Positions 1 to 13,800 of a stretch of DNA of 64,000 nt are shown piece after piece. The translations under genes were made by a program, and so were the position numbers. Numbering within the stretch: position 1 is the stretch's first letter; every line of letters starts with the position of its first letter. The notes beneath the pieces are model-generated. The model did not search any database and was not told the DNA's origin. It saw only the letters and a list, made by a program, of their open reading frames with translations. Origin of the DNA: Eledone cirrhosa (Eukaryota); assembly GCA_964016885.1 (NCBI GenBank), contig OZ024758.1, positions 4,154,001 to 4,218,000 on the forward strand, in the 5' to 3' direction.

Positions 1-1258
1 TTCCAGTGAGACACTGTGTGAGACAAGGGTGTTGCTTTAAATCACACACACACACACATACACAGAAATATACATATATATAATTCATAAAAGACATAAT
101 ATCCGAAACTTATATCGTGAAAACTAAACGGTGATGCTTCCAGAAAATATATTTAAACAGCGGCATAATCAACATAATCACATATTCAGAAGCAAAAATT
201 GTAAATAAATAACAATAGAATTGTGAAAATATGAATAACTATTCCATATTTAAAATGAACGTGACTTTTGGACAATGAATAGAAAATACACATATAGCGT
301 TTTAGATGCATTAAAGAGTGTAAGATGTGTAACTGAAATAAAGTAGTGTGATATAGGAAAAAAGTCATCTATTCCGTGTGTAGCAAGAAATATCTGCCAC
401 ATTATAGAGATGGAACGAAGACCAAATTACAATACTAATTAGGATGATATATCCCACAGGCAATATATTCAATACAATAAGACAATTATATGTATTCTGT
501 ATTTAATAATATATGAAATAATAAATCCTTGAATCATCACACCTGTTACTTTTATTGCAATACACACATAAACACACATACACAAACTCTCGCACATACA
601 TATATAGTTATATCTGTATCTGTCTCTCTCTATCTGTATGCATCTCTCTCTCTCTATATATATATATATGTATGTATACAGAGGGTGAGAGTGATGTTCA
701 TGATACACACACACACACATTCGGTAGACAAAGATGCAACTCATTCCTTGTACTCAACGTCATATTACTTCCTAAAAACAAGGACGACGGAGTATATTAA
801 TAAGAAAAAATAGGATATATATAATATATATATATATCTATATATACATACATACATACATACATGTATACAGACGTATAGTAGTATGTATATATATATA
901 CATACATGCACACATATATGTATGTACGTATGGATTCACCGAACATTTATTATAATGCTCGGTGTCTTTGTAAACAAACATCCCGTATTAAGCCGTACAG
1001 TGTTTAGCAACCATCGTTGTTCATTTGTTCAACACTGACAAAGGAACGCTGTACTAGTTTCAAGCTTATTAGCTATCGTCAGCAACGTATACCTTCCTGC
1101 CAGATGATTGAACGTCTGAAAGTATATACTTTCCTTATGCATATTAACGGCTGAGTATATATATATATATATATATATATGATAAATTAGAATTTCGTTT
1201 TTCGATCTAGCATATTGGATATGGAAATGTATTCAAGAGGTTTATATGGAATAATAAT

Positions 1259-1447
1259 TGTTTCTACTTTTGGCACAAGGCCAGCAAATACCCAGTGTAT
1301 TACTGGTACTTTATTTTATAGACCCCTTAAGGATGAAAGGCAAAGTCAACCTCGGCAGGATTTGAACTCAGATCGTAAAGGGACGTAACTATGCTGGAAA
1401 GCATGGCGTCCGACCCTCTACTGTTACTGCCAATCCACCGCCCTATA
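1259..1447 (-). mobile_element. tRNA-derived SINE, family A (Nin/Deu-like core), full length with TSD
   Basis: Minus strand has a Pol III box A-like TGGCAGTAACAGTAG and box B-like GAGTTCAAATCC, a CTTTGCCTTTCATCC core and a GGCCTTGTGCCAAAAGTAGAAAC tail. An 18-bp direct repeat TTTATATGGAATAATAAT lies at 1241-1258 and 1448-1465. About 18 related copies occur in the window. Confidence 0.9.
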
Positions 1448-1799
1448 TTTATATGGAATAATAATAATATTTGATTCGTTTGCAAGCAAACAGCGTCATT
1501 TTTTAGATGGCCATCACCATCCCTTTGTACTTGCGTTGACAGTGAGAAACAATCGACAATAATATTGTTTCTGGGATATTGCCGCCTTTTCTCAAGATCG
1601 TGTATCTCTCTCCTGTCACTCAATAGAACTCTCCAACATATATAGTATTCTCTATAGTATACAGGGGCTGGTTAACCTAATTTGCATACCGAGGAATTTT
1701 ACGGCTGGCTCTGCCGAAAATTAAAAAAATTATATTTGAATTTCATGTTTCGCTCTTACATAACAGATATGTAAATGCATACGTGAGTTTTATATAATA

Positions 1800-1983
1800 A
1801 TTGTTTCTACATTTGGCAAGGCCAGCAATTATCCCAGTGTATTTCAGGTACTTTATTTTATCAATCCCCGAACGGATGAAAGGCAAAGTTAACCACGGCG
1901 GGATTTGAACGCAAAGAGCCGTAAGTCAATCCTGAAAAGATTGGTGTCCGACACTCTACGGATACTACCAATCTACAACCCGA
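1800..1983 (-). mobile_element. SINE family A copy (diverged)
   Basis: Colinear with the 1259-1447 copy (plus strand GGATGAAAGGCAAAGTTAAC, GGGATTTGAAC). Confidence 0.85.
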
Positions 1984-2274
1984 TATCGAATAATAATAAT
2001 ATTCAATTCGTTTGCAAGAAAACATCCTCATTATGCTATGTTATATATATACTTACGCATATCAAATAAAACAAGTAAAGCTATTACATTTTAATTTTTC
2101 TAAATAAATTACTTATCTAATTAGAAAAATTTCAGCAAATCATACATCGTTGTGATCAAGGGAGATTTTGTTTTAGTTCCTATAAATCAATACTTAAACT
2201 TCTGCAGTTATGAAAAAGAGAAAATGACTTATCTGAATACATCAATGCCCGTTCAACACATTATATAAAATCCT

Positions 2275-2675
2275 TAAATTTGAGCGACTTCAGTCCGTTC
2301 GTCCGCCACACTTTAGAGATGGTTGAGGAAAGAAGGGAGGATGCCGTCATACACTAAAAATGATGACGGAGGAAGGGGTGATGCCGTCAAACACTAGAGA
2401 TGGTGATGAAGGAGTGGGTGATGACGTCAAACACTAGAGATGATGATGAAGGAAGGGGTGATGACGTCAAACACTAGAGATGATGATGAAAGAAGGAGCG
2501 ATGACGTCACACACTAGTGATGATGATGAATGAAGGGGAGATGACGTCAAACACTAGTGATGATGATGATGAATGAGGGGGTGATGACGTCAAACACTAG
2601 AGATGATTGAGGAAGGAAGTGGTGATGACGTCGGACGCTAGAGAGTTGAGGATGGAAGGGGTGATGACGTTGACT
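2275..2675. repeat. Dispersed 40-bp minisatellite array (about 9 units) containing CRE palindromes TGACGTCA
   Basis: Unit approximately ACACTAGAGATGATGATGAAGGAAGGGGTGATGACGTCAA recurs at 2341, 2381, 2421, 2461, 2501, 2541, 2584, 2625 and 2664. The same family occurs at 20957-21308 and 27105-27245. Confidence 0.9.
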
Positions 2676-3227
2676 GACGAAGGAAGAGATGTGTTTGTAT
2701 GTTTGTATCGCTTGTGTGAGTGAACACGAAGGAACCAATCAACCAGCCAACAAACAAACACACTTTTTTATATTATGTACAGTTATTACAATTAGCCCTC
2801 ACTTTTGACGCCACAGACACCAGATAGTTACCTATAATATATGTATGAGAATTTGTTAAAAAAATACAGACTAAATATATATTAATCGAAGTTGGATTAT
2901 AAAAATACTTTTCCGCTGGTAATTTTTTCCTATAGATTTCTTGATATAAAACTTCAATGTAAATATATCCCATCAAATAGGATATTATTGCAATAATTAC
3001 CAACTTCTATCAACTCTGGCTATAATTTTATATTTATTAATGTCATTGGTCAGTTAATTACTGATCAGGTTTTTTAAATATTATGTGATTGTCAGTCGTA
3101 GTTACAGCTGCCAGCATTGAGGACTGAGTAAAGTTCTTTGAACTTATATATTGCTTTATAATTACGCAATTTTTTAATACATAGTGAGTCAAGAGAGTAA
3201 ACAACATTATTGTAATAATAATAATAA

Positions 3228-3432
3228 TAATTCCTACTATAGGCACAAGGTCAGCAATTTGCGAGGAAGGGGAAAGTCGATTAATTCGACCCAGTACATT
3301 ACTGGTGCTTTTGTAATCGATCACGTAATGATGAAAGGCAAAGAAAACCTTGGCGGGATTGTGACTCAGAACGTAAAGGGCCTTAAAGCATGCTATCCTA
3401 CACTCTACCGATTCTGTCAATCGACCACCCTC
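3228..3432 (-). mobile_element. SINE family A, long subtype
   Basis: Same core and tail as family A plus an extra segment (plus strand GAGGAAGGGGAAAGTCGATTAATTCGACC). Flanked by (TAA)n. Confidence 0.8.
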
Positions 3433-3456
3433 TATAATAATAAAAATAATAATAAT

Positions 3457-3662
3457 TTGGGACTGTTATTAGATCAAGGTGATCCCGATTGTCATAGGAG
3501 CACTAGGTACTATCTCAAAAAATGTTCAAGGAACACTTCAAAAGGCATGCTTGCTGGGAACAGCAAGAACACTCTGATACGTCCTGAATATCTTGATGTT
3601 GATTTGAACAAACTTTCCAGTTGAATAACATCAATGACTGAGATTCCAAGAAAAACAAAAAC
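3457..3662 (+). mobile_element. R4/Dong-clade LINE 3' end (restriction-like endonuclease C-terminus, degenerate)
   Basis: The frame from 3458 reads WDCY*IKVIPIVIGALGTISKNVQGTLQKACLLGTARTL*YVLNI, matching the V.P.VIGALG...QKA.LLGTARIL signature of R4/Dong elements. Flanked on both sides by (TAA)n, the known Dong target. Confidence 0.8.
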
Positions 3663-3683
3663 AATAATAATAATAATAATAAA

Positions 3684-4110
3684 ATGCTTTGGAAGTGGGA
3701 CATGGGAACATGACTGATCGAGAAGCACTAGACACAATATAAAATACGAAAGAGTGGGTCCCATACTGTAATAGAACTGCTATAACAGAATTCTCTCGAA
3801 AAGCCGGAAGATAAGGGAGATATGTATCTCGAAAGAAACTGTTCGAGGAGAATAGATTGTTCCAAAATAATAGAAAATTGGTATTCAGAATTTAATGATG
3901 CATGAAATGAATAATGATAGACAAAAAAATGTTAAAAGGAACGACAGCTAAGGTAAACCGTGTTGTCTCATACGTTGAGACATATGATGTTCAAGATTGA
4001 CACATCCTCAAAGCAGCCGCAAACGTGGGCAAACAGATGAGAACAGACAGTTACTTTGTGGAAGAAATGGTTGAGTTGTCAAATCAAGAAAATGAGAAAG
4101 GTCATCTGTT
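3684..4110 (+). mobile_element. R4/Dong-clade LINE 5'/N-terminal fragment (degenerate)
   Basis: Peptides MIDKKMLKGTTAKVNRVVSYVET...ILKAAANVG (from 3914) and WKKWLSCQIKKMRKVI (from 4059) resemble the N-terminal region of R4/Dong ORFs as I recall it. The fragment begins right after (TAA)n. Confidence 0.55.
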
Positions 4111-4128
4111 ACCAATTATAGGCCTATG

Positions 4129-4262
4129 CAGGCATGGGCAACATTTTTCGAGAAGTGGTCCTCATGAGATATGGCTCATTATTAGGCGGGCCGCAAGGGC
4201 TAATTTCCATTCGCGCCCACATTAAAAAAAAGGTGGTAACTCAGGTTGTTTTGATTTGTTTC
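4129..4262 (-). mobile_element. hAT-type MITE fragment (same family as 21607-21894)
   Basis: Starts with TIR CAGGCATGGGCAAC and is the reverse complement of about 21765-21894. Confidence 0.75.
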
Positions 4263-4668
<406 letters not shown>

Positions 4669-4902
4669 GCTCACACTGTGTATCTTGGGAAGTTCGAAAG
4701 TGTAATTTCTGTAAAGTAAAAACACACAAACATTCAACGCTCACCACACCATAATAAGTATAGAAATAAAAATGATTTGAAACACACATTAGAATGCAAC
4801 ACTGAAGGCTATCAGTGTACGTTGCCAATAATATTTACGTTTTCCCCTTTATTATCGTATGTGTGTTTTGGGGGTGATTGTGTGTGTATGTATGTATGTA
4901 TG

Positions 4903-4933
<31 letters not shown>

Positions 4934-5079
4934 GTAGGGTGGGTGTATATATCTCTATATATTTTTCCCCACTTCTATATTTATGTAGTTCATGTTAAGT
5001 GTTTTTTTTAAATCGACCCATTAACAATCTATAATCAATATAATTTGATTTTCTGTTATTATATATATATACATAGATA

Positions 5080-5117
<38 letters not shown>

Positions 5118-6010
5118 CATATAAAACATGCATAATATATATATATATATATATATTATATATACATATATAAACATACATAAATACATAAATATATATA
5201 TATAAAATTGTTTGCTTTTGCTATTTACTAAATGTATGTATATCTAGTGCAAATAGTTTTTACCTCGTATCTTTAAAACATTTACTATATATATATACAT
5301 ATATATATATGTTGTATGTGTGTGTGCGTGCATCTATATATATATATATACATATGTATATGTTTACATACAAATATATCCATACTCCCAGACACACACC
5401 CATCCATCTTAGACAATTATATACACACACATATATATACACACACATAAACATGCGCATGCCTTCCGTTTTTTTCCTCTCATGCTCTCTCTCACCTGAT
5501 CCCTCTCTCTTTTTCACATTCCTTCTCTCTCTCTCTCGCTTTCATCTCTTTCTCTTCCTGAATATAATGCCACACACAAACTAAATTTGATCTCAAAATA
5601 TACTTCAAAACAAAAATATCGACTAGCAGTCTATTATCATGTTGAAAATGACTAAATCAATTGGTTGAAAATCGTCAAATTATGCCCTATTCAGCAGTAT
5701 GGAATAAGTTTAAATGTCTTAATAAATCGATATTCAATTTTATTTACACATATTTATTTATATATATATAGGTACATTACATTTCAGATCGTATATTATA
5801 GTTACTCATCAATAGTAATGATATTCATTGACTTGCGTTGTGTGTTTAGGAACAGCAACTTCAATGTGAAATAACTGGCTACGGTAATTTAACTAAAACA
5901 TATTTCTTCATATAAGCGTCATAATTATATATAATTGCAGTGGGATGCTTAAAGCGTCCGTAAGCGGTATGCTGTTAGAACACTCGATGCTCTTAGAGAA
6001 CAGAGTATAA

Positions 6011-6212
6011 TATCACATAAGAAACGGAGAATGAGTGGTGCGACGAAACCCTGCTTCGAAGGATCGAGACGTATCTGATGATCTTGCGATTTCAGAGTCA
6101 GGTTCGATCATCGCATCGATCGTGCCTCGAGCTGGTCGCCAGAGAAACGATTGTAATATGTCTAATAAAATTTAATTCGTCGCAACACTGATTCTCCGTT
6201 TCTTATGTGATA
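6011..6212. mobile_element. MITE-like element with 37-bp terminal inverted repeats
   Basis: 6011-6047 TATCACATAAGAAACGGAGAATGAGTGGTGCGACGAA matches the reverse complement of 6176-6212 at 35/37 positions. Both ends are TA. Confidence 0.75.
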
Positions 6213-6411
6213 TATATAACAGAGTTTTGTAACTTGCTTAAAGTATTTTTTAATAGGAAACAAATTTAAGTTTTGAAGACCAACACAATGCGCATGGAGA
6301 ATGTTAAATTGGGATCGTTGAATTTGCTAAGGTACGATTGACGCATTGTTCCACACGCATTGGACTTCAAAATTGAAATTTATGTTTCATATATATATAT
6401 GTGTATGTGTG

Positions 6412-6586
<175 letters not shown>

Positions 6587-7168
6587 CAAGAAGGTGGGGT
6601 GGTGACAGAGAAAGCGAAGTTAAACACATCAGGATTCATTTCTCTTTTCATACCATGTCCCTTCATCCCATCAATCTATAGCAAAATATGGTAGATGTAT
6701 ATTATTCGCCGAAAATAATTCTTAGCTCTCTCATCTTTCATCTTCACTTTTATATTATCTTTTGTCTCATCTATCCTTTTCTTCATTTTTTCATTTCTTT
6801 ATTATTATTATTTTTTTTTTTCTTCTTCTTTGTCTTGCTTCCTTAGTTTCTTTCGTTACAAATTTCGCTTGGTTTTCGTTCATTTATCTAGCATCTGTTT
6901 TTACTACTTCCTTCATTAGTTCGCTACATTCTTCGTTGTGCATTCAGTCTATATTTATTTATTATACTTGTAAGTATAACAAATATCGAGATATTTGTAA
7001 AATAAATTAAAAGTCAGAAACACATAGCTAAGTATGTTTCACAGAGAACTTGCTTCCATCAATTTTATATATATATACAACTCTACATACACACACACAA
7101 ACATATATATATGCATATACACATATTCACACACACACATATACAACTATACATATAGACACACACAG

Positions 7169-7199
<31 letters not shown>

Positions 7200-7254
7200 C
7201 TCTTTTATCTGTTTCAGCCATCCGGCTGAGGCCATGCTGGGGCACCACCCTTGA
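7200..7254 (-). mobile_element. SINE/LINE 3' tail fragment
   Basis: Minus strand AAGGGTGGTGCCCCAGCATGGCC...CTGAAACAGATAAAAGA resembles a common octopus SINE tail (from recall). Embedded in (TA)n. Confidence 0.5.
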
Positions 7255-7461
7255 TATATATATATATATATCCACACACACACATATATATATATACAAC
7301 TTTATATATATATATATACACACACACACATATATATATATATAACTGTACATATACACACGTACATATATATATATATACACACACACGACTATACATA
7401 TAGATACACACAAACATTTATATATATAAATATATATAACTATATATACACACACATACAC

Positions 7462-7499
<38 letters not shown>

Positions 7500-7501
<2 letters not shown>

Positions 7502-7724
7502 CTTAGTCTTAGATTCTTCCGCGTCGTTCGGCGCTTCGAGGAGTAAGTTCTCGCCAACGGTGACGATCAGCAGAAACTTTTTCGAGACCGTGCCAGGTGA
7601 TGTTGGCTGCCATCAGATTCTTCCGGAACGTTCGTCGCCAGGTGATCCTTGGGCAACCCCGCCTCCGTTTACTTCCAGGCGGAGTCCAGTTCATCGCTGT
7701 TTTCGAATGCCGTTCAGACGCCGA
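7500..7724 (-). mobile_element. RTE-clade LINE 3' end (5'-truncated)
   Basis: ORF 7509-7745 contains AMNWTPPGSKRRRGCPRITWRRT...ADRHRWR, the RTE ORF2 C-terminal motif, followed by a short CTAAGA repeat tail. Confidence 0.85.
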
Positions 7725-9329
7725 TATATATATATATATACACAATGATATTAAACAACTATATTTATAAAACTATATTTATTATATTATATATATTTCA
7801 AGGGTTTCAAAACTTTGGTACGCTTTCATCAGATAAAATACGAAGTGTCTTTTATAAATTTTCACATAACCAAGGAAAATATCTTAACGGTTCAAGTTTT
7901 CCTTGGATAGTCATTTTTTAAAATATCATTGAATATTATACTCCAGAAAACTTGTCGAGTGCTCTGAATCAGTTATAAACATTTATATTTGTTGAATTAC
8001 CAACACATTGAATATTCCTTCTGCTTATATATATATATATATATAATGTTCGTAGAATGTTTTAAATCGAAAAACATAATACGAATATTAAATTATGTGC
8101 CAAATATTCTCGATTTTTTTTTGCAAACAAAGCAGATCATCATCATCATCAGCATCAACAACAACACAAGATCTAAAAAAAATTTAATAAAATAAATCTA
8201 TTCAAAGAAATTGATTTATTTCACGGAAGTAAAGATACAAGTCAACAAGGTAATGCTGCTCTGAAATTTGAAGCAGTTGAGTGAGTACTGAAGATTTACG
8301 AGTCTTAATCTGGATTGAAATTCGCTCCTGGAGTAGGAAGAACAATGATATTGAAGAAAATCCCATTTCATAAGTGGTAGTGCAAGTACTGCTAGTTGTG
8401 CAAGTTATGCATGTGGTGGTAGTTGTGTAAGTCATGCTAATAGTGTAAGAATTACATCACATGTAGTTCTCGTTTTATAAGAGAATCGTGTGTTGTAAAT
8501 GGTGATGCCAGTGTAAGTGGTGCTTGTATAATTCGTTTTTCAAGTAGTGATAGTCGTTCTATTGAACATTGAAAACACATTTTATTATGATGCAAGATGT
8601 TGAAGAATTCCAGTGATACGTTTAACAGCAATTTTAGTAACTATAGAAGTAAGTACAGCAACAACAACAGCAACAACAAATCCGACAACTGTGTCTTCAC
8701 ACACACACATAGACACACACACAGCATACAAGCATACACAGGTATTCACTCTTTTTACGAAATGTAGACAGGTATGTAAAGATTCCATCGAGCAACGTAT
8801 ATGGGACACACATTTTTGCTTCATGAGTTAGACGTATATGTTAGTGAATAACATACATGTAATGGAAAGTTCTACATCATCCAAGTTTGTCCCCTGAGTG
8901 GAAGAACCAAAGTTCAACAATATCAGGTTAATTACAGACTGAGAAACTCATATATCTGTTTTATGCAATAGAAGAGGCATATCAACCAGCTAACGAAACA
9001 GCCAGCCAGCCAGACATATAGTCAGATACCAAACCAACTAGCAAGTCAATCAGTCCGTCAGACAGATAACCAAAGAAACATTCAACCTACCAGTTTTCTA
9101 CACAATCATGTAAACTATTCAGCCAGTAATTATTCCATACCCCCAGCCATCCAGCTACTTAGCTAATCAGTCAGCCATCTACTCAGGTAATCCGCCAATC
9201 ACCTATATATCTAAGCCGCCAACAAGCTACTCAGCTTATCAGCCAGCTAGTACATCATTTGTAGTTGCCGCGAAACACCTGTAGAGGGCCTCCTATATAA
9301 AAACGAAACAGGTAAAGGAGTCTGGGTGC

Positions 9330-9653
9330 ATAGACGATCAAAAATGATTGCGGAAACACATCTCAAATATTATAGCCAAAATGAGGTTGTAAGTTCGATT
9401 CTCGGACCGGATGATAAGTTGTGTCCTTTATCAGAACTCTTTATTTTACGTTTACTCAGCTATAGAAATGAGTTGCAACGTCACTAGTGCCAACCTGTAA
9501 AGGCCATTGTCTTTCCATTGGACAACAACCGGTAGCGTGGAGAGGAGAGACCGGTATGCATGGCTGACAGCTGGTCTTCCACAAACAATCTTGCGCAGGA
9601 GGGAAACTTTCTGAGTGCAAAACCATGGTCATTAGTGATAGAAGGGAGCTCAT

Positions 9654-9655
<2 letters not shown>
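9330..9655 (+). mobile_element. Second tRNA-derived SINE family (diverged)
   Basis: Box B-like GTTCGATTCTC followed by GTTGTGTCCTT...ACTCTTTATTTTACG...CTCAGCT...AAATGAG. The body is shared with the minus-strand copy at 46740-46908. Confidence 0.6.
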
Positions 9656-9719
<64 letters not shown>

Positions 9720-10313
9720 CATATATTGCTAAAAATGTATGAAGGCGCATCTGTGATTACCACTGTCTTTACTAGAATATATAACAATTGCCTACCAGTT
9801 ATATATTGGTGGGATATAATTTGATTATATAATTCTTTTGGAAGAAAATATCTAAATATATGACACGAGGGGTGAAATTTCTTTTTATTCATATTCTATA
9901 TTAATTTCAACATATCATTCTTGGAAAAAATACTTTTCATTTACAAAATAATCAGATATATAAATCGAGTTTCGTTTTAATAGTTTTACGGGGTGCTTTC
10001 TCTGTATAATAAATCATATTTGATGTAAAAAAGATTTATACACACATATATATTATATTTTTGTGTTGAAATACACAAATATGTGAATATATTGTGTTGA
10101 AATGAGTTTGTATATATGTATGCATATATACATGTACACATGCAAGCGTATGTAGGTATGTAAATATGTATGTATGATTGTATGTTTGTGTGTATCAATG
10201 TATGAATGAATGCATGTGTGTATATATAAATAAATATATATATATATTATATATACATACATACATAGAGATAGATAGATAGATATAGATGTATATCTAT
10301 ATACATATCGATA

Positions 10314-10415
10314 CAGAGGGTGTCCCGGAAAATTATATACACAACTTGATTACCTGTACTGGCAATATTTATTAGAATGCTGTTGAATTGTCAATACATT
10401 TTTTGGACACCCTTT
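10314..10415. mobile_element. Small Tc1/mariner-like MITE
   Basis: Inverted ends AGGGTGTCC / GGACACCCT, flanked by TA. Confidence 0.55.
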
Positions 10416-10460
10416 ATATATATATATAAGTATATATATGTTTATGCATATATACACGCA

Positions 10461-10505
<45 letters not shown>

Positions 10506-10629
10506 TCATGCATATATAAATACACACACACATATATATATATGCTCATGCATATATATATATGCTCATGCATATATAAATACACACACATATATATATA
10601 TATGTATATATGCTCATGCATATATAAAT

Positions 10630-10691
<62 letters not shown>

Positions 10692-11888
10692 CCAGTCATA
10701 CATATATTTACCTATATATTCACATGCATATTAACAGAACGAGAATATATTGCATAAATATAATTAAAATATCATTGGTTGTTCAATGCTGACATTTAGT
10801 AAATACATCACTACTTCTACACAAGCTAACTCAGATCACATACTAATATGTATACGAAGACATACACTCTATTATTTCACATAAACAAAATACACAACTG
10901 CAAACACAGATACACACATAGACACAGAAATTCTTATATACAAAAAATATCACAATTGTTATTTATTCAGTTCGTAAGAATTTCGATTTTATGCAGGTTC
11001 AATTTATTATAATTGGCGATATTATATATGGAATGGAAAAATACACATAAATATATGCAGTAATATATCTCTTTATACACGGACATACACACGAACACAC
11101 ACATATATACATACGCATATATGTGTATATTTATGTGTGTGAGCATCTTTATATATTGTTTGAATGTTAGACAAAGTTACAAGCCAAAGCATAATATATC
11201 TCCCCAAATTATAGAAAATCCAGATACTTCTGAATACGCGTAATAAAAAATAAAGTTCTCATTCGAAAACTTTACAAAATGGGGAACAAATGAAAAAATA
11301 TGATTTGGTGATTTTTAAAAAATATCTATGTATTTTTAAAAATAAGCTAAATATATATTTACGAAATATAATATTGAAAAAAAATATCACACGCCACCTT
11401 TATTTAAATAATGCTCATATACGCTCCAGCATAAAGATTTATATCTTTAAATGAATTATATATTGCCATATTTTATTTCCATATATATACATATAAACAA
11501 TTTTAATTACCTTATGCGATGTACGTATATATGCAAGATTTACTCCTCAAATTATTCAGTATCTAACTAGATCTCCGTCAATCTCAAATTCGCCACATTC
11601 AACTTCAATGTCTTCATTGCCAAATTAATTTCCGTCGATCACATTTTCAAATTTAACTTGTTTAAAGGACGATGCTGTGTGGATCTGTTGTTTTTTTCCT
11701 TCTCATCATGTTGCTGTTGCAGTTTCGGTGGCCTTATTCACCCTAGTCACCAAACTGTTACATTGTGAAACCCGGAAAGCAAGGCTTTTTTGAGGCAGCC
11801 TTTAGTCGCCTCGTCATAGCTAGGTCACTGGGTTGTGAGACTTTTCTTGAGACCTACATGTATCACATCTCCAGTAGTAGTAAGCAAT

Positions 11889-11950
11889 GAGCACTGATAA
11901 TCAAATGTTAATTTTACCGAGCACTGATAATCCAATGTTAATTTTACCGA
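11889..11950. repeat. 30-bp tandem duplication
   Basis: GAGCACTGATAATC(A/C)AATGTTAATTTTACC occurs twice. Confidence 0.9.
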
Positions 11951-13127
11951 AACATAGATATGGACTGTAAATATCTTGAGCAGAATATTTTATCCTAATA
12001 CCTTTCTTGATCATAATAGATGTTTTGTTGAACCTCTCTCGGAGATCAGAACACATCACAATCTTTCTTTTGGCCAATGATGAGAGCTAGATCAATTAAC
12101 TTCCTAACTGGGTATTTGTTCAAAATGTTCGTCTAATTATTATTTCCACAGGATGAAATTTGGAAATGTTATTTACCCTAGCAGAAGAACGTTCTAGACC
12201 CAATTATTGCCACAGATAAGTAATTGTATTGCACTTGATTGTAAATCATACTGATCAAACACTTATGACAATAACACGTATACTACAACGAAAACAAAGT
12301 TATGTTCAAATAGTTATCATGGAATTTGTAAGATCCGGAAAAGCAGTATGAATGGTAGAGTCACGATAAGCAATCTTTTCTTTACATATATATTGCCTAT
12401 TATATAAGGATCCAGTATCGGTTGCATGCTGAAAACTTTAGAGGATAAACAAGATATTCCGATAGAACATTAAAATCGGTTAAAATCGGTCAACATTGAT
12501 TGCACGAGAACTACTGTGGTTGTTCAACTAGTGCAATGAGATGTAGCCATCATCAGTATGCATCATAAACACTGCTATCACAATCATTATATCGAACCGG
12601 AAGCTAGAATAACTATCCGTGTTTACAACAAATGGATCAATTACAAACAGAAATCTATTGAAATCACAAACAATTATTTGAACTAAGAATCCGTTGGATT
12701 ACTGTACTTATTTTAGTCGGTTTACAGACAAGTTGTGGTTAATTTGATCCTAACAGAAGCTCTGTATTCATGAAATGTTTCAATAGGTAGATAAATAAAT
12801 TAGTCAATGAACTGGAAACTCGAATTTGTAATATACAATCATACATAAAATGTTGGCTCTATTGAAAAAATGAATACACGAACAGACAGACACACATACA
12901 TATATATATAGATACATACATACATAAATACATACGTGTGTATATATACACATATATAGGTTAAAAATCATGAAACATCAATCAGGTTTTCTAGTGAATA
13001 GATCTAAATGAAGTACATTCATGAATAACTTTTAAATATGCTGACTGACAAATGGACATTATAAGAACTTATCTTGAAAAAAATGGGTGAAAATGATATT
13101 TTTCTCCATTGAAATCCGAGAACGTAA

Positions 13128-13141
13128 TTATATATATATAT

Positions 13142-13188
<47 letters not shown>

Positions 13189-13479
13189 TGTATGTATATA
13201 TATATATATGTGTATATATATATATAATTATGTGTATATATATATATTTATATACACACATATATATATGTATGTATATATATATATTTATATACACATA
13301 TATATATGTATATATATATACACATATATATATATATATACACATATATATATATACATATATATATGTATGTATATATATATATACACATATATATATA
13401 TACATATATATATGTATGTATATATATATATACACATATATATATATACATATATATATGTATGTATATATATATATAC

Positions 13480-13518
<39 letters not shown>

Positions 13519-13565
13519 CACATATATATATATATATATGTATGTATATATATATATATACACAC

Positions 13566-13600
<35 letters not shown>

Positions 13601-13714
13601 TACACATATCTATATGTATATATATATATACACATACCTATCTATATGTATATATATATATACACATATCTATATATATGTATATATATATATATATATA
13701 TACACATATCTATC

Positions 13715-13746
<32 letters not shown>

Positions 13747-13800
13747 TGTATGTATGTATGTATGTATGTATGTATGTATGTATGTATGTATGTATGTATG
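13128..13800. repeat. Degenerate (TA)n/(CA) array followed by (TATG)n
   Basis: Directly visible. It is the source of the Y/I-rich spurious ORFs. Confidence 0.95.

Noticed and set aside
2275-2675. CRISPR-like 40-bp periodicity
   Set aside because: The whole unit is repeated, with no unique spacers.
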